In this document: in pieces, positions 26,338 through 39,199 of the stretch
Numbering within the stretch: the stretch's first letter is position 1
Layout: every line of letters begins with the position of its first letter
Assembly (NCBI GenBank): GCA_001949185.1
Contig: BDGG01000002.1
Coordinates: forward strand, 5,756,448-5,820,447
Source: Ramazzottius varieornatus
Lineage: Eukaryota > Animalia > Tardigrada
Length of the DNA: 64,000 nt
Direction of reading: 5' to 3'
Made by a program: the position numbers and the translations under genes
Notes under the pieces: generated by a model
Databases searched by the model: none
What the model was told of the DNA's origin: nothing
Seen by the model: the letters and a program-made list of their open reading frames with translations, nothing else

Positions 26338-26952
26338 ATGATGTCTTCCAACGTGCCCAACAAGACTGATGTCAGCAACCCTACTCAGCGAAGGTCTCCT
26401 TCGCCCCATTCCGCCAAGCCCGGTACCCATGGAGCAACCAACGGAGTTCCGAAACGGTCACCGGTAGAGATTAAGCGGAAACTTGAGGTATTGTAGTGTA
26501 TTCGGGAATCTACAGCTTATTGCTGGTTCCCGTAGACCTTTTCTATTATCTCCAGAAAATCCGTCGCAAGTCAAGCCGACACCTCACCCGTCGAGTAAGC
26601 CATGTCCTCCTCTCCTGCGGTGTAATTGCTTTTCTTTGTTTCCCAGTTCCTTGCGTGTTGCCAAGCTAACGCCGGTTTCTCTCCTTTTAGCCCAAACAAA
26701 CCATCCGTGGAGGAGCCAAGGGGAAATCCCTCAGGAAGGTTAAGAAAGTTATCAAGAAAGCCGGAAACAATAACGTAAATTTGCAGCTGTTTGCACCATT
26801 TGACAAGAATAGCTTTATGATGAGGTTCTTGTACTGTTTTTTTTCCATTGTAGAAGAAGGCGCGACCTACTGGTAACCGAAAGGCCGGTAGCACCGGTAA
26901 GCGGATTCGCAATGGAAGTCGAAACGCTGCGAAAAAGTTTAACTTTTTCTGA
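26338..26952 (+). CDS. Small Lys/Arg-rich basic protein B (111 aa, 4 exons)
   Basis: Exons 26338-26487, 26556-26594, 26691-26738, 26854-26952, all phase 0: MMSSNVPNK...KRSPVEIKRKLE|KIRRKSSRHLTRR|PKQTIRGGAKGKSLRK|KKARPTGNRKAGSTGKRIRNGSRNAAKKFNFF*. Confidence 0.75.
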
Positions 26953-27143
26953 GCTGTTGTGGTTAATGTCGAAGTAGTTTGTTGTGCGTTGAAGTGTTGT
27001 ACTCTATAATTCTTGTCTGGGAGTCTTTGCGGTCTTGTGGTCATGGTGGTGTGGAGTCTATGGATCGTAAGATGTGATCGAATACCTCCGCATGGTTTTC
27101 CGATCCGCCTCAGTTTCGTTAGAAAGGTTATCGATGCGGTCTA

Positions 27144-27223
27144 GTGAGGCCCCTTCCTTTCGCCTTGTTCCGTGTCCTCTTCGAGAAGTTGGAGACACGA
27201 AACAAGGCGAAAGGAAAGGTCAC
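27144..27223 (-). ncRNA. Long fold-back, candidate pre-miRNA
   Basis: ttcctttcgccttgttccgtgtc and gacacgaaacaaggcgaaaggaa are inverted repeats with one difference, which becomes a G-U pair on the minus strand. Confidence 0.4.
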
Positions 27224-28491
27224 AAAAGAATAGGCGCCTGGTTTAGCCTCAAACGTCAGAAAGCGTCACTCTGATAATCCTATGACTTGTCTCCCCGTTG
27301 ATTTTGACGCACCTTCGTGTGGTGAAACAATTAATGGCGGAGGCTTGCCAATATCCAGGTGGATTGAAATTTACCTCCCCTGAGAGAAACCGTGAATTCG
27401 GAAACGCAATACGTGCATTATGCCGGGGCATATCGGCATCCGGGGGGACACTGCTATACTACGGCTGATGTTAAGCCAGCGAGCTCGAGCGATCCGACCA
27501 GCCTAAACAGTTCGTGTCAAATCTCATCGAACAACCATTAGTCAAGAGCTACGAGTGGAATATTTTGGAATAATTCCCTAATCAGATTTGCTTGGTTGTC
27601 GCCAACGGCATAACTCTTATCGTCCAATGCACAAGCAAGCAGGAGATCTTTCCCGGTCTTTCCCCGTAGCGAAGGTTGCCACGAAAGTGTCACGGGAAGC
27701 CGATTGCATGACTACACTCTGAAGCCGCCAAATACTCAGCTAATAGTCTTGGAGCTCTTGAAGGTCTTCTGTAGCCATCCGGGACTCTTTCCGGTCCAAC
27801 ATCCTCGTACGCAAGTGGTGAGTTCTTAATTTGTGAGTTAGTGTGTCGATTCGGTAGTCTCAGGATCCTTCGTCTCGCACTCTGATCTCAAGGGTCCTCC
27901 ACTGCATGGCTAGTTTTTTCCAGCTAAATCTGTTTTTGCAGAATCAACATTTATGCTATCGATACTCGATGAGGGACGAACTTGGATGGATGGCATATGC
28001 TCAGTAAGGAAAAACTTTCTCCCGTTTTCCGTCGGCGGCTGGCCGACCTCGTGGTGGGCAATGTTAGCTCTAGTCAGTGTAGCGCAAACAGAGATGACAT
28101 GTTTACCGAGGCGATAGGTTCCCGGTTTAGATTCTCCCGACGTCGACCTTTTATTTCTGGCTCACATCAAGAGTATAATCTCGTCAAAGAGCGCAATTCC
28201 AGCTTGCAGCTAGCGATATCCGCTGATTCTGCAGGACATGATGATATCTGCATACGCTGAGCGGCAACCTAGTCGGATCATTTGCTATATGGCTGCTGGC
28301 ACTTTCCGCCCACTGCTTCCCCATCTCATCATGCACATGTCATTACTATTGCTTTCGTCGACACTCTACTTCATTGCTTCCTGATCCCTCATTCTTTTCC
28401 TGACGTTGTGCAGATTCACTATTCCAGGATGTTGTGATGAATTCATGAAGAAAAAGGCGGTTGCGCGACCATCATTTCCTTGTCCTAGAGA

Positions 28492-30341
28492 ATGCTTGTC
28501 CTGCCGCAACTCGAGTTATGCATCCTCTCATCGTTTATAGTATTCCTTTTATCACTTGACAGTAAGTACGCCGTCTCCACTTGAGATATCCCAATCCATT
28601 TGTTTGTTATTGAAGAGCAAAATCGTGTTTATTGCATTACCTCGCCGCTTCTCTTCAGTCGTTTCTCTTGTCGTAGACTCTTATGCGCAGAGCTTTTGCT
28701 CCATCTCGGAGAACCCCTGTCTCAGAGATATGGAGTCTTCCAGCGAACTTAACTTTATTTATGGACTAAACAAAGACCAACTGATGCGAGCGTGCCAGTA
28801 AGATCTGTTTTCGGAAATTTTAGCCCCTCGTCGTAACTGATTTTGATTCCACCTGAAGCTTTTCTGTACGAGCCTTATGGTACCTCGTACCTTATGGTTG
28901 ATGTTCCTGGCAGATTAGACATATCTTGAATGTTTGCTTCCGTTTGAAATTTGCAGGATTTACGTAAACAGTATGCATTGTTTGGACTTCAATCTGGCTT
29001 CCTGTACCGTGCGGGAAAGGTAGGTAATCAATAGCTCTCCGAAATGTTGCAGTACACCATTCATCATTTTTAAAGCTATGTTTTCCAGAGAGGAGGCTAA
29101 AACGCACGTAAAATATTTGAGGATAAGCATGGACAGAATCTGCAATGACGATCAGACTCAGCAATGTAAGTCGACGCTAAAACGGAACAAGTACTGTCGT
29201 GTGGTCCCGGAAATATTAATTACCACCAGGTCCCGGTTGTTCTTCCTCACCCAGCTGATTCTCGGGTTCGTCATCATGGGTCTTTTCTAGCTTACCTCAT
29301 TTACTCCGGCTGCCTTAAGAATGCATACTCATCTACGGAGCGTTGCATGAACTACTTCACCGAAATCTTACACAACACCAGCCGTCAGATCATTGCTGAA
29401 AGAATGAACGCGGCAGCAGAGCAAAAGTCTGGCGGCTCATTACGCTCAGCGAACCCTGCTCTGTTTTCGTACATCTGTACGGGTCTTCGGAATCTCATTT
29501 CCTGTGTCCACAACGCTGTTCCCTGCTCGCAAAAATCTCATCGTGATATCAAAGAGGTAAGAAGGTCTGTTCTCCACCACCCGTTCTGTTCAGCGTGAGG
29601 AACTCGCAGCGTCGGGCATTGTAACAGAGCGGCTCTTGGGGCCAGATGGCAGCACGGTGCCGCCTCAGCAAATGCCAAATGGGTCATGGGCAAATGATTA
29701 GGACCCAGTCGTTCTTCCAAGTGGCGCATACTTTCAGCCAATACACCGAGAACGTGCGCCACTTGAGACAGCGATCTGGTTCAGTTCGTTTGCCGACGTC
29801 TCAAATGATATATGTTCGGCGGGTCCAACCGGAAACCTCGCACGAACACCGCTTCCATGACAGAATATACATGCTGAAATCTTCCTTCACAGTAGACAAT
29901 GTCTTTTGTTGATATTGCTACTAAAAGATATTTTCAATAATGTAACTAGTGAGTAGTTTGATGGAAAATCGGACCTCCAGCTAGGTTTTGCAACACTACG
30001 GTACCCTCGTTTTTTCACTTAGCTGTCAGAAATTGAAGGGTTTCTGAACGATCAGTATACTTTGGTAGTAATAGTTTCTCCTAACGCAGATTTATTTGTG
30101 GAACCTGACGCTGATAATCTTGTAGATTCTTACACTAATGATAAGGGGTGGAGTCCCTTCGCCACTCTATCAGCAGTGCGCTGCCGCCCAAAAGACGTCA
30201 TCGACGGAGCAAGGCGGAAGTCCCAAACAAGCCTCTTCTTCTGCCGCTGGCGGTGCTAATCATCTCTTTCAGGGCTTCCTGTACATCCTGATTGCGAGTT
30301 TCACTACGACTACTGGTTTGTCTATCGGGAGAATGATTTAA
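28492..30341 (+). CDS. Secreted Cys-rich GPI-type protein, paralog 2
   Basis: MLVLPQLELCILSSFIVFLLSLD|NSYAQSFCSISENPCL...GLNKDQLMRACQ|IYVNSMHCLDFNLASC|...MDRICNDD|YLIYSGCLKNAYSSTERC...ICTGLRNLISCVHNAVPC|ILTLMIRGGVPSPLYQQC...hydrophobic tail. Confidence 0.78.
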
Positions 30342-33323
30342 TTTTGTCCGTTCCACCGGCTAACTGTGATTTCATGCATCGACTGGTTTTATGTATGCTC
30401 TATAATTCGGGGTAAAATTCCTTGGGGCGTATCCATTGTCAGATTCAAGCCGGGAAAGGAGTTCCGTACGCAGTTCACGGATGGCAAGTTGTGCTTGAAG
30501 AGTAGGCAGTCCTTTCACCGCGATCATGTTTTTTATTCTGATTCAATACGTATAAAACACAGCGAAAGAATTCGGCAGAGGAACCGTGTGGGTTGGCCCT
30601 TATATAAGGTTAGGCTCCTTCTCGTATGGACACCACAGAAACGTGGGCGACCAGGGAATAAAGATTCGGTATCCGACAACATGCGATGTGCAAGTGATAC
30701 GCCGCTGTGCGCATAAAGTTGTGGATCGATCGATATCCATGAGGTCTTTCCACTTGCCAAAGGCTTGATAGGCGGTATATAAACTCACGGCTCATCACAG
30801 CTTGTCGTTATACTCAAATTCTTCCTCACCATTTTTTCGATTGGAGATACTGTATCTCCGTATCAAAATCTAGCTATAGAAGAGGTTCTGTGGAGTCACG
30901 CACGCCAGTATTAAACTTTTCTTTCTACTGGTTTGCATTCCAGAAAATCATCCAATTCCGATGCGGAAAGCGTGCGATATCCCGACGGAAGTGAAATTAT
31001 GCGGGATGTAGTTTTCGTTTATCTCAAATTGATTATCATCTGAAACCGTTGTAACTCGGCCTGACTCCACACAGGTGACGATCATATGCCTGAGTGATGG
31101 TCGACTACCAGGAAAAACCTTTTTGATCTCATTCGTGTCGGTCACTTTTTTCTGCCGGCTTGGAATAGTCATTAAATTCGGCATTAAATTCTGCAAGCTG
31201 GTAAGAATTCCTAAACTCAGGAGTGTCTGTAAAGTCATCCGGTCATACAAAAATCTGACACTGTATTCGTACAGTCGAATCCAGTCCTGCGAACAGGGCA
31301 TATGGTGGGACAAATGATATAAAGTCAAACGGGATGATCTACATTAGCGCGGCGGAAGATTGTCCAGATGTGACAACTTCTGGCCTTGTCGATACTAATC
31401 ATAATTTCCTATTGACAGACAGGATCATTCTTGAGCAGATGCAGCATACAATAGAATCCAGGAACGTTTACAGTCTGATAAGCCTTTATTAATCGCGCGC
31501 AGTGCCGTAATTAGATTCGGTTATTTCGGCCCAGAGGACTAGTAGTAAAATTCCATTTTCATTTCCCCAGGACCATTGACCATTGATTTCGTCTGGGCAT
31601 CAAGTAGGTTACGGATGTCTGTGGTACAGTCCAAGGGTCGGCAAGAACTTTACAAACTTGGTACACCTTGAAAGGCTGTTCAAATTTTGATTTAGTACCA
31701 CCGGTGGTACCCGCAAGGAACGCGCCATCTGTGGTGCGGCTCTTGTTTTGTTGTTGTCTTTCACTTTGCACTGTATACGGAAGCCGACAACGCTTCTCGT
31801 AATGGATTGACGATAGTTCCTTTACTTTTCTAGGACCTCCGAACCGCAGGAGAAAGCTCAGCAGAAAGTGGTTTATGCTATCATGAATCTGTCGTGGAAG
31901 CACCAACGATGGCAATTGTTCACGAACGCTGTTGGATTTCTGCTGGTTCTTCAATCTCGTAAGTTGGACAGTCCGCATAATCAGGTTCAGTTCCGGGAAG
32001 CATGACAGATATAGTTAATGGTGCTCGATTGAAAAAATTCGTTTTGGGAGTCGAAGCGTTCAGAATACATTGAATTTAAGGCATACTCCCAGATTACATC
32101 AATCCATAAAACCTTGACTTATGAATTAACTCACATGCGGAAAAATCGCTGAACCGGCGCACATTTCGATCCGCATGAAACACATTTATTCCGCGCACTG
32201 GTTAAAACCATCCACGAAACTAGCTCGCGAAGAAGCTTCTTTCCGATCTAACTCAGCAGCAGTCTTTAGAGTCTTGGCCCGCGCGCGGAAACTATGCATG
32301 AAGAAAGCGGGTTTCGTTCTGAGAACCTTGATTATTTTCTTTGGGGATTCGTTCACTTCGTGTCTGTCATTAAATGTTAGAACCAACATTGAGGTGATGG
32401 CTCATCGCATTGATCTGTCCCTGGGGTCATCACTCGACACCGATGCAAGCCATTCCCTGTGGAACTTTCGCCAACTCCATAATCGAACAGGGAACTTTCA
32501 TGCGAACGCTTAGCCGGCTTGTAAAATCTCCCTACCTACCACATGTTGGGAAAAGTGTTTCTTTCTCATGTTCCATCCCTAAGAAACCGACATCTTGACT
32601 AAAGAACAGATGTAGCAGTCCTCTTGGATGCCCGTTATCGATTTCCATTTGGCTTGAGAGTTCTACGAGACGTCGTGGCTGGAATTTCGTGTCTGAAGTC
32701 AAACAAGTTCATGCATTTATGGAACATCGCTCCACGCAGTCTCAATATTGAGAAGTCCACATTCCCAGAGACTGGTCTGTCGGTATGTGTTCCGCTTTTC
32801 GTCGCCATTTGGCCGCCTAATGTGCGCGACTTAATCGGCTCTTGTCACGAAAGAAAAACGAGGTCTAACTAACAGGATCTTTACATACGGGTTTTCGGGG
32901 TCACATAGGCCACGCCCTGCATTCAGCAGACGCATGTTGATTGGGGCTCTCAAGGGTTCCTGAGTCTTTCGAGCGACAAACAGCGGAAGAGAAGTTAGCC
33001 TACGTTCCTCATCAATCTCGATACATTTGTCCGAGTGGCTGTCTCATTATTGTAACGCAGGGATTACACAGAGCAACCAAGCAAGCTTCGGCTACAGCTC
33101 ATTGGGCGACCATTTGCATAAAGGCCTATTGTAACGGAACCTGCAAATTTATTCCTCTTTTTGTTCGGCTATATGCACCAAACGTTGTTATTTACCGGAT
33201 ATACGCGCTCCGATAAAATCAAAATCGACACAAACAGAACCAAAGTCGTACCAGTGTTCAGAGACGTGGTTCATCAAATTATTCTATGAGGACTGACTGA
33301 TTTCTCATCTGAGTGGCAACAGA

Positions 33324-34542
33324 ATGATTGCGTTTTTCTTCCTGCAAGGAGCTCTGATCATCTGTTTTGCAGCATCTTCGGCTGGCGCCAAAAGAAACGG
33401 AGAATGCAGCGAACTAGAATTTTCGGAATGGTAATAGTATAAAATATTTTGACGAACTACAGTGGAACGCCATAGACATTCCGGAATGTACTGACTTTTC
33501 CCTTTCTTAAGCCTGAAGTCTTTCGATACCATCTTGGCGCACCAAAATTTGGGGTTCGCCGTCACAGAAAACGAGCTGAATACTGCATGCCGGTAAGTCT
33601 TAGGGTCGACTGCTTATCTTCCGACCGGTACTGGTAAAGTTGAAGGTGACGTTGTTCCCGCATGGTCTAATGGATTTTGCAAATATCCGCAACATATACT
33701 TTTATGATGTAACTCATTTAAATGACATTGCAGGTATTTGAAGGACGGAGTGAATTGTATTGATCAGTTTGTCAAGAGGTGTACCCGCGATAAGTTCGCC
33801 AGAGAGTCCTTGACGGGATCGGTGAAAGGGGCATTTGACATACTCGATTTACTTTGCGAAGATACTGTAAGTTACCTCGACATAACAGGAAGAATAAGCT
33901 GAAAATTCATTACTTTGCGCTGGCGGAAAAGGGGATGCGATGGTATAATCCAATTTCTTTTTAGTATCACCGGAATCAGTATCTGCAGCACGCGGAATGC
34001 TATCGGCGGATAGCCTCACAGATCGAAGACTGCATGAAACCGATGCGGAATATGGGTCTTCGACGACAAAATCAAGACGAGAAGTCAAAAGTAGACGAAA
34101 CAGTCTGCTGGTATGTGGTTGATCCCTTTATTTCAGCAGAGAACTAGCAAATCAAGTGTATCTACACTATGCGCAACCTGCATACATGAGCTGCTCGACC
34201 GAAGTACAGCTTGCTGTATGCAGGTGCTCGAAGCGGGAGACAATTCGCTTTCCGGTCTCGAGGCTAGGTCTCCTCTCTCGCGTAATTGAGTTTTATCTTT
34301 TTTATAGTGCCTATCAGAATGCTACAGAGTGTATACATCAAGTTTCCGAGAAGGAATGCAACGATCGGGCGGCGACCTTCTTGAAGAACTATACGGACCG
34401 TGCTGCTCAGCCTATTACCATGCAATGCCGCGGTTTCGACAGCAAGGTCTGTCCAAAGTCTTCCTCTTCGTCACGACTGCCTGTGTCTTCATGGATCCGG
34501 ATGTCTGTGCTGTTATTCGGAATTGCTCAGTATATTGTCTGA
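33324..34542 (+). CDS. Secreted Cys-rich GPI-type protein, paralog 3
   Basis: MIAFFFLQGALIICFAASSAGA...ECSELEFSEC|LKSFDTILAHQNLGFAVTENELNTACR|YLKDGVNCIDQFVKRC...DLLCEDT|YLQHAECYRRIASQIEDC...VCC|AYQNATECIHQVSEKEC...MSVLLFGIAQYIV*; any further upstream exon not excluded. Confidence 0.82.
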
Positions 34543-35014
34543 AGGTATTATCTTCCTACCTGACTGTGGTGTCATGTGTCCATGCAAGGAGGTTCCGGCT
34601 TGTCGTCTTTGTGCATATCGCTGTCAATTAAGGACCGGGGACACGGAAGGAAAGTTTGCTGTCACATTCGTTCAGTCTCGCCTTGCAGGCGGGGAAGCCG
34701 GATCATCAATAATGCAACCGGACTCGGCCAGGCAAATATGTGCCGAGTGAGAGTCATTTTCCTCCAGTTTTGGGGCGGACGGATATTCTAAGCCCGTGTA
34801 CCTCCTTACGTTACCCATAAAGAAGAAAGTATCCAATCAATTAACGTCCCAGTACTCCACTTGTCGACCGGGAAAAGTCTCAGCGAACTTTGACGATAAC
34901 AGTGCGCTTTACTCAACGACCCTAAAAACACGGAGTTTTCCTACGGTGAAAGAAGAGCATTTACAGCTATGTGGAACATCAATAAAGAGAGGCGGTAACG
35001 ACAACAATACTCGA

Positions 35015-37035
35015 TCAGTTAATTCCTGCAAGAAATGCTATCGTCCCAATTAGGAGCAAGAATTTTCGCGCCAAGGGATGCGTGTCGCCGGCGTAATTCT
35101 TCACGCGATGCTTGGATTTCTCCGGCAGTGTTTTGATGGAAATGGGTTTGTGTAGACTACCGAAGAAGCCAGTAGAGTGGTCGCTGGAAGGTGGTCCATC
35201 ACGAACCGGAACATTCACAGCTGGGTTAATGACGGGCGGTGAAACGGCTGCTGCTAACACCACGCCATCATCTGCTGTGCGGCTTTCGTTCCCTCGAGAT
35301 ATCGATGGAGCACCGACGGACCCTACCGGACGAACATGCGACAAGATGTTCGTGGTGCCTTCAGCGACCGGCTGGCCGGGAGTGATGCGTGGCAGGGAGT
35401 CGGTGACATGCTGGAATGGCCAGCTTGTGGTCGTGTCGAAATTGGGGTCCTGTTGAGTGACTTCCACGGTTGGCTGTAGCCCATCTGGGATATTCGGCAA
35501 CGAGGAAGTGAAGTTGGCATCAGGAAGTCCCGAACTTTGATCCATGATTACCGGATCTTTGACGCACTGGTTCTGATACTCGAAACACTGCAACAAAGAA
35601 GTGCCCACGTTTTCTTAGAAGAACTCTTACTTCGGTTCAGTGAACTTCTCACCTGACGGGCTATCCAATCTTGAAGAGTGGACTTCATCATCTTGTAGAG
35701 GAATTTCTTGACGAAATCGGCGCTAGACGGATGGCATTTACGGACCGCTGCATCGAAGGAACATTGCGTCAACCGATGAAGTCCATCACTGAAAAGAGCA
35801 TTCGTCAAGCTTTTTCCCTGTATAATCGATACTCTATTACAGCTGCTGCATTTCCGGTTCAACGAATCGTTTGTAATGGCAGTACATAACGTGCAACTCG
35901 ATGCTTTTTGTGACCACAGCGGCGTTAAGGTTTTGTCCAGTATGAGAGACATCAATTTTTCACTTGGTTTAAAAACGTGGGTAAACTTTCGGTGGATGTT
36001 TTTGCAGTTTGTTGGAACAGTTTATAGTGGTTTTGAAGCCACACAATAGTCGTGACCTCTGTTGAAAACGATTCACCTCGCTATGATAATTACTTTATGT
36101 TTAGTCAATTTTCCACAAAGCGTGAAGGGCTGTCTCATACAAGTCATCTGCTGGCCGGCATGACCTCGACCTATGCTATACGGAGGCTCCTTAGCACATA
36201 TTAGGCAAGGCTTGGTTACGACATCGTAAGTACTCCGTAAAGATAAAGCAAACAATTCACATCGACGCCTCTTCTATGCAACAGAGACTATCGTTGACGA
36301 AGAGCCGGATACAGCTCGCATTGAATCAGAAAGAGGATAATCTTACTAGAGTACTCTTCAGCTTACCAACAACTTCGATGTAGTACTTCCTGTGGTGTAA
36401 GATTATCGGATATGGCGGCTAAATCCGAAACGGTCGACCCGTAGTTGGTGATACATTGATTGATGTCGGCACTCGTCACTGCCAAACACTGACCACTACA
36501 AGGAAGAAACGAACAATTTTCCAAAAATCTGACCGGAAACAAGTCCTAATGGTTCTGGTGGCAAGGAACCATACTTACTGATGGGCGTAGTCTGTAACAA
36601 AATCAAGATAATCAGCACGATGGGTTCCCTAATAAACAGTAAGCAGAAACATGGGATATCGTAATTGGGGTACTCACCTCTTCGGAACTGCTCGTTCTCG
36701 CAGAAGAGCGTGACGAACTCGTTGGCTTGTCGGATGAACGGGTCCAGCGTGATGAGCTCCGCCGCCAGGCATGGCCGTAAAACCTTATCGTTGCACAACC
36801 TGACGGATGCAAAGGCATCGCAGTCATCCTTGATGGCGGAGTCGGGAATGAGACCTGATAAATACTTTTGTGGCGAGAACCCAGTGATTAGTCTTCCGCA
36901 TTGGTCTATTAAAGACTGCTGGCAGGGCGAAGCTAACGAGTAAACAGGTGATATAAAACTGAAGAACAAATGAAGCCACCACACCCAATACGAGGTCCAC
37001 AAAATTTTAACGAAGCTCATTTCCGTATGAAGCAT
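35015..37035 (-). CDS. Secreted Cys-rich protein with long Pro/Ser/Thr stalk and hydrophobic tail, paralog 4
   Basis: Signal peptide, PCQQSLIDQC...DDCDAFASVRLCNDKVLRPC...LFCENEQFRR|DYAH (13-nt microexon)|HGQCLAVTSADINQC...SCC|DGLHRLTQCSFDAAVRKC...|stalk ending KFLLLIGTIAFLAGIN*. Confidence 0.8.
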
Positions 37036-37820
37036 CACAGAGGATCCACGTCGGAAAGAGCGCGGACGAAGAACTGTTATGATAATTTGGAAGGCTATTC
37101 GTCAAGGGATAACCATCGGTAAGGGGGGACTCTATCAGCGAGAGGTGGGTTGGTCGGTTAGGTCTGAGAATATTTTAAGAAAAGTCGTGCGGCGTCCTTC
37201 CGGTGCAAAACAACTTCACCGAGTGGAGCAACGAGTACTCCATCAACTAACTTTACTTTGGCTGAGTAATTAAGGCTTAAGATTTGAGGCTCAAGGTTTC
37301 ACCACGCGTTGGATGCTGCCCCAACCACAGAGGTGAGAAAGCCCAGTTAAACGACTTGACTGTCATCGGAATGACCAACGATGATAAACAAACACGCAGT
37401 TCAGAGGGAGGTCCATTAAAGTCAGAGCGCGACTGGTTAGAACAAATTTCATTTGACTGTCGACTACAAACAAAGCACCCCACACAAACATCGACAAACC
37501 ATTAGCTCTTCACTTCTTGATAACACATGTGTAAATCCGGCTAAATGCAAATGACGAAGACGAGGAAGACCGATGCTTTGAGAGAAACAAGGCTGCATTG
37601 TTTTACCATTATTCAAAGGCCATCAAACCCTTTCCGTATGTTAGTCAATCATCAAGTCAAGTCAATAAGCTAATCAAAGAAACATAAACAATCCGCATGC
37701 CCAGATTCACTTCAGCCAGCACGGAGATGAGACAAAAAAGTAGAAATTACCAGCCGAGTTCTATTCAGATCGTTTTGTTTGTTAGTCATGACTGCCGTCA
37801 AGTGCGCCCGTTCGTTTCAA

Positions 37821-39199
37821 TTATAGCTTAGGTGGCATACCGGAAGCGAAGCCGGAGGTTCCTGCTCCAAGCGAGCTCGATGCGACCGTCTCTGTCGGAT
37901 GGCTGGCTTTGTACCAAGGTGTCTCCTTGTACAGAAACCAAACGTTGCCGGCCCAGATGAAAAAGTTCAGGAACCCAAAGATCTGCAAAACCCAGACACT
38001 TTCACATAGTTGCGCATTGCAGTCCAGAAACAGAAGACGGGAAGTGAGCAAACAAAACAAAACAGGATCGCAGTCCTGAGCGGCGCACTACTCCAGCCAA
38101 CATCAAGGAAAAGTGCGCCACTTGAGATAATGATCCTGAAGGTCCTGTTTGCCCAGTTGACAAAGAACAGCACAACACAAAACATACCACAGAGATGTTT
38201 AGGTTAGCATAGTTGGGATAACTTCCCGGCTGGCAACTGGTACATCCAACTTTGTCGCTACCACGATCAGCCAACCTACTGACGACGTAGTTTGGATCCG
38301 TGGCGGCTTTGACACCTGTTACACCGTGAGCCCAGGCCGAAGAAGCGACGAGCCAGAAGAAGGCGAACATTATCGTGAGGATGAAATCCTGTGGTGACAA
38401 CGGAGAAGTTTTAACAGGTGAAAATCTAATGAAAGGGGTTGTAAATTGTGATTACTCGGCAATGCTTACGGCCAGGGGGATGTTCTCGCGCGTGCGATAC
38501 AGTTTGTCCAAGAAGATGTACAGCAACAATGCGCCCAAGCAATAGAGAAACGTGAGCACTCCCACCGCCACGAAGAATTGCGCGGAGCTTCGGTGTGATC
38601 CTCCTAGTGGTTCAAGTTCGTTATTGGTAAGACTACAAGGATGGACGCGTACGTCGTAGTCTTCCAGGCTAAAATTAGAGAAGCAGTCTTGCCAAGGCTT
38701 GGTCGTAGGACAAATTAGTCTAATGTCGGATCACACAGTGGGATGCAATCACGCCTTACTCGAACGGATATGAAAAATTATAGGTTTGGGTATGCTCTGT
38801 GATATCCTTGGTATCATTGCATGCGTAGTTCACGCTTCCTTGTGACGAATAGCTGCTTGTGGTGGCAAATGCGCAAATTCCAAAGATCTGCAACAGAAAA
38901 CAGTGCTGAAATGTGGTTGTTGACGTTGTTCATCAGAGCAACAACAACAATAATAAGCTAAACGAACAGCTCAGTGACTGGCCGAAAGCAACCCACCAGC
39001 TCCAGTATCTTGATGAAGCCACGTGGTTCTTTCCAGACTCTCCCGTTGAACTCCATGCCATTCTGGATGGAAACAAGGATTAAAGAAAACAATGTTTCAC
39101 TTCACTACGAGTTAAGTTAGGAAGGATACAATGACAATGTCATAGACTCATGCTTAACACACGGACACGGTTCACCTGACTTACCCGTATCGCGTCCAT
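37821..39199 (-). CDS. SYP: Synaptophysin/synaptoporin family MARVEL protein
   Basis: KEPRGFIKILEL|IFGICAFATT...FSYPF...SAQFFVAVGVLTFLY...DFILTIMFAFFWLVASSAWA...LNISV|IFGFLNFFIWAGNVWFLYKETPW. Confidence 0.92.

Noticed and set aside
29557-29701. Alternative terminal exon REELAASG...AND* for paralog 2
   Set aside because: Needs a 37-nt intron, shorter than others here; the exon at 30127 restores the family Cys and tail
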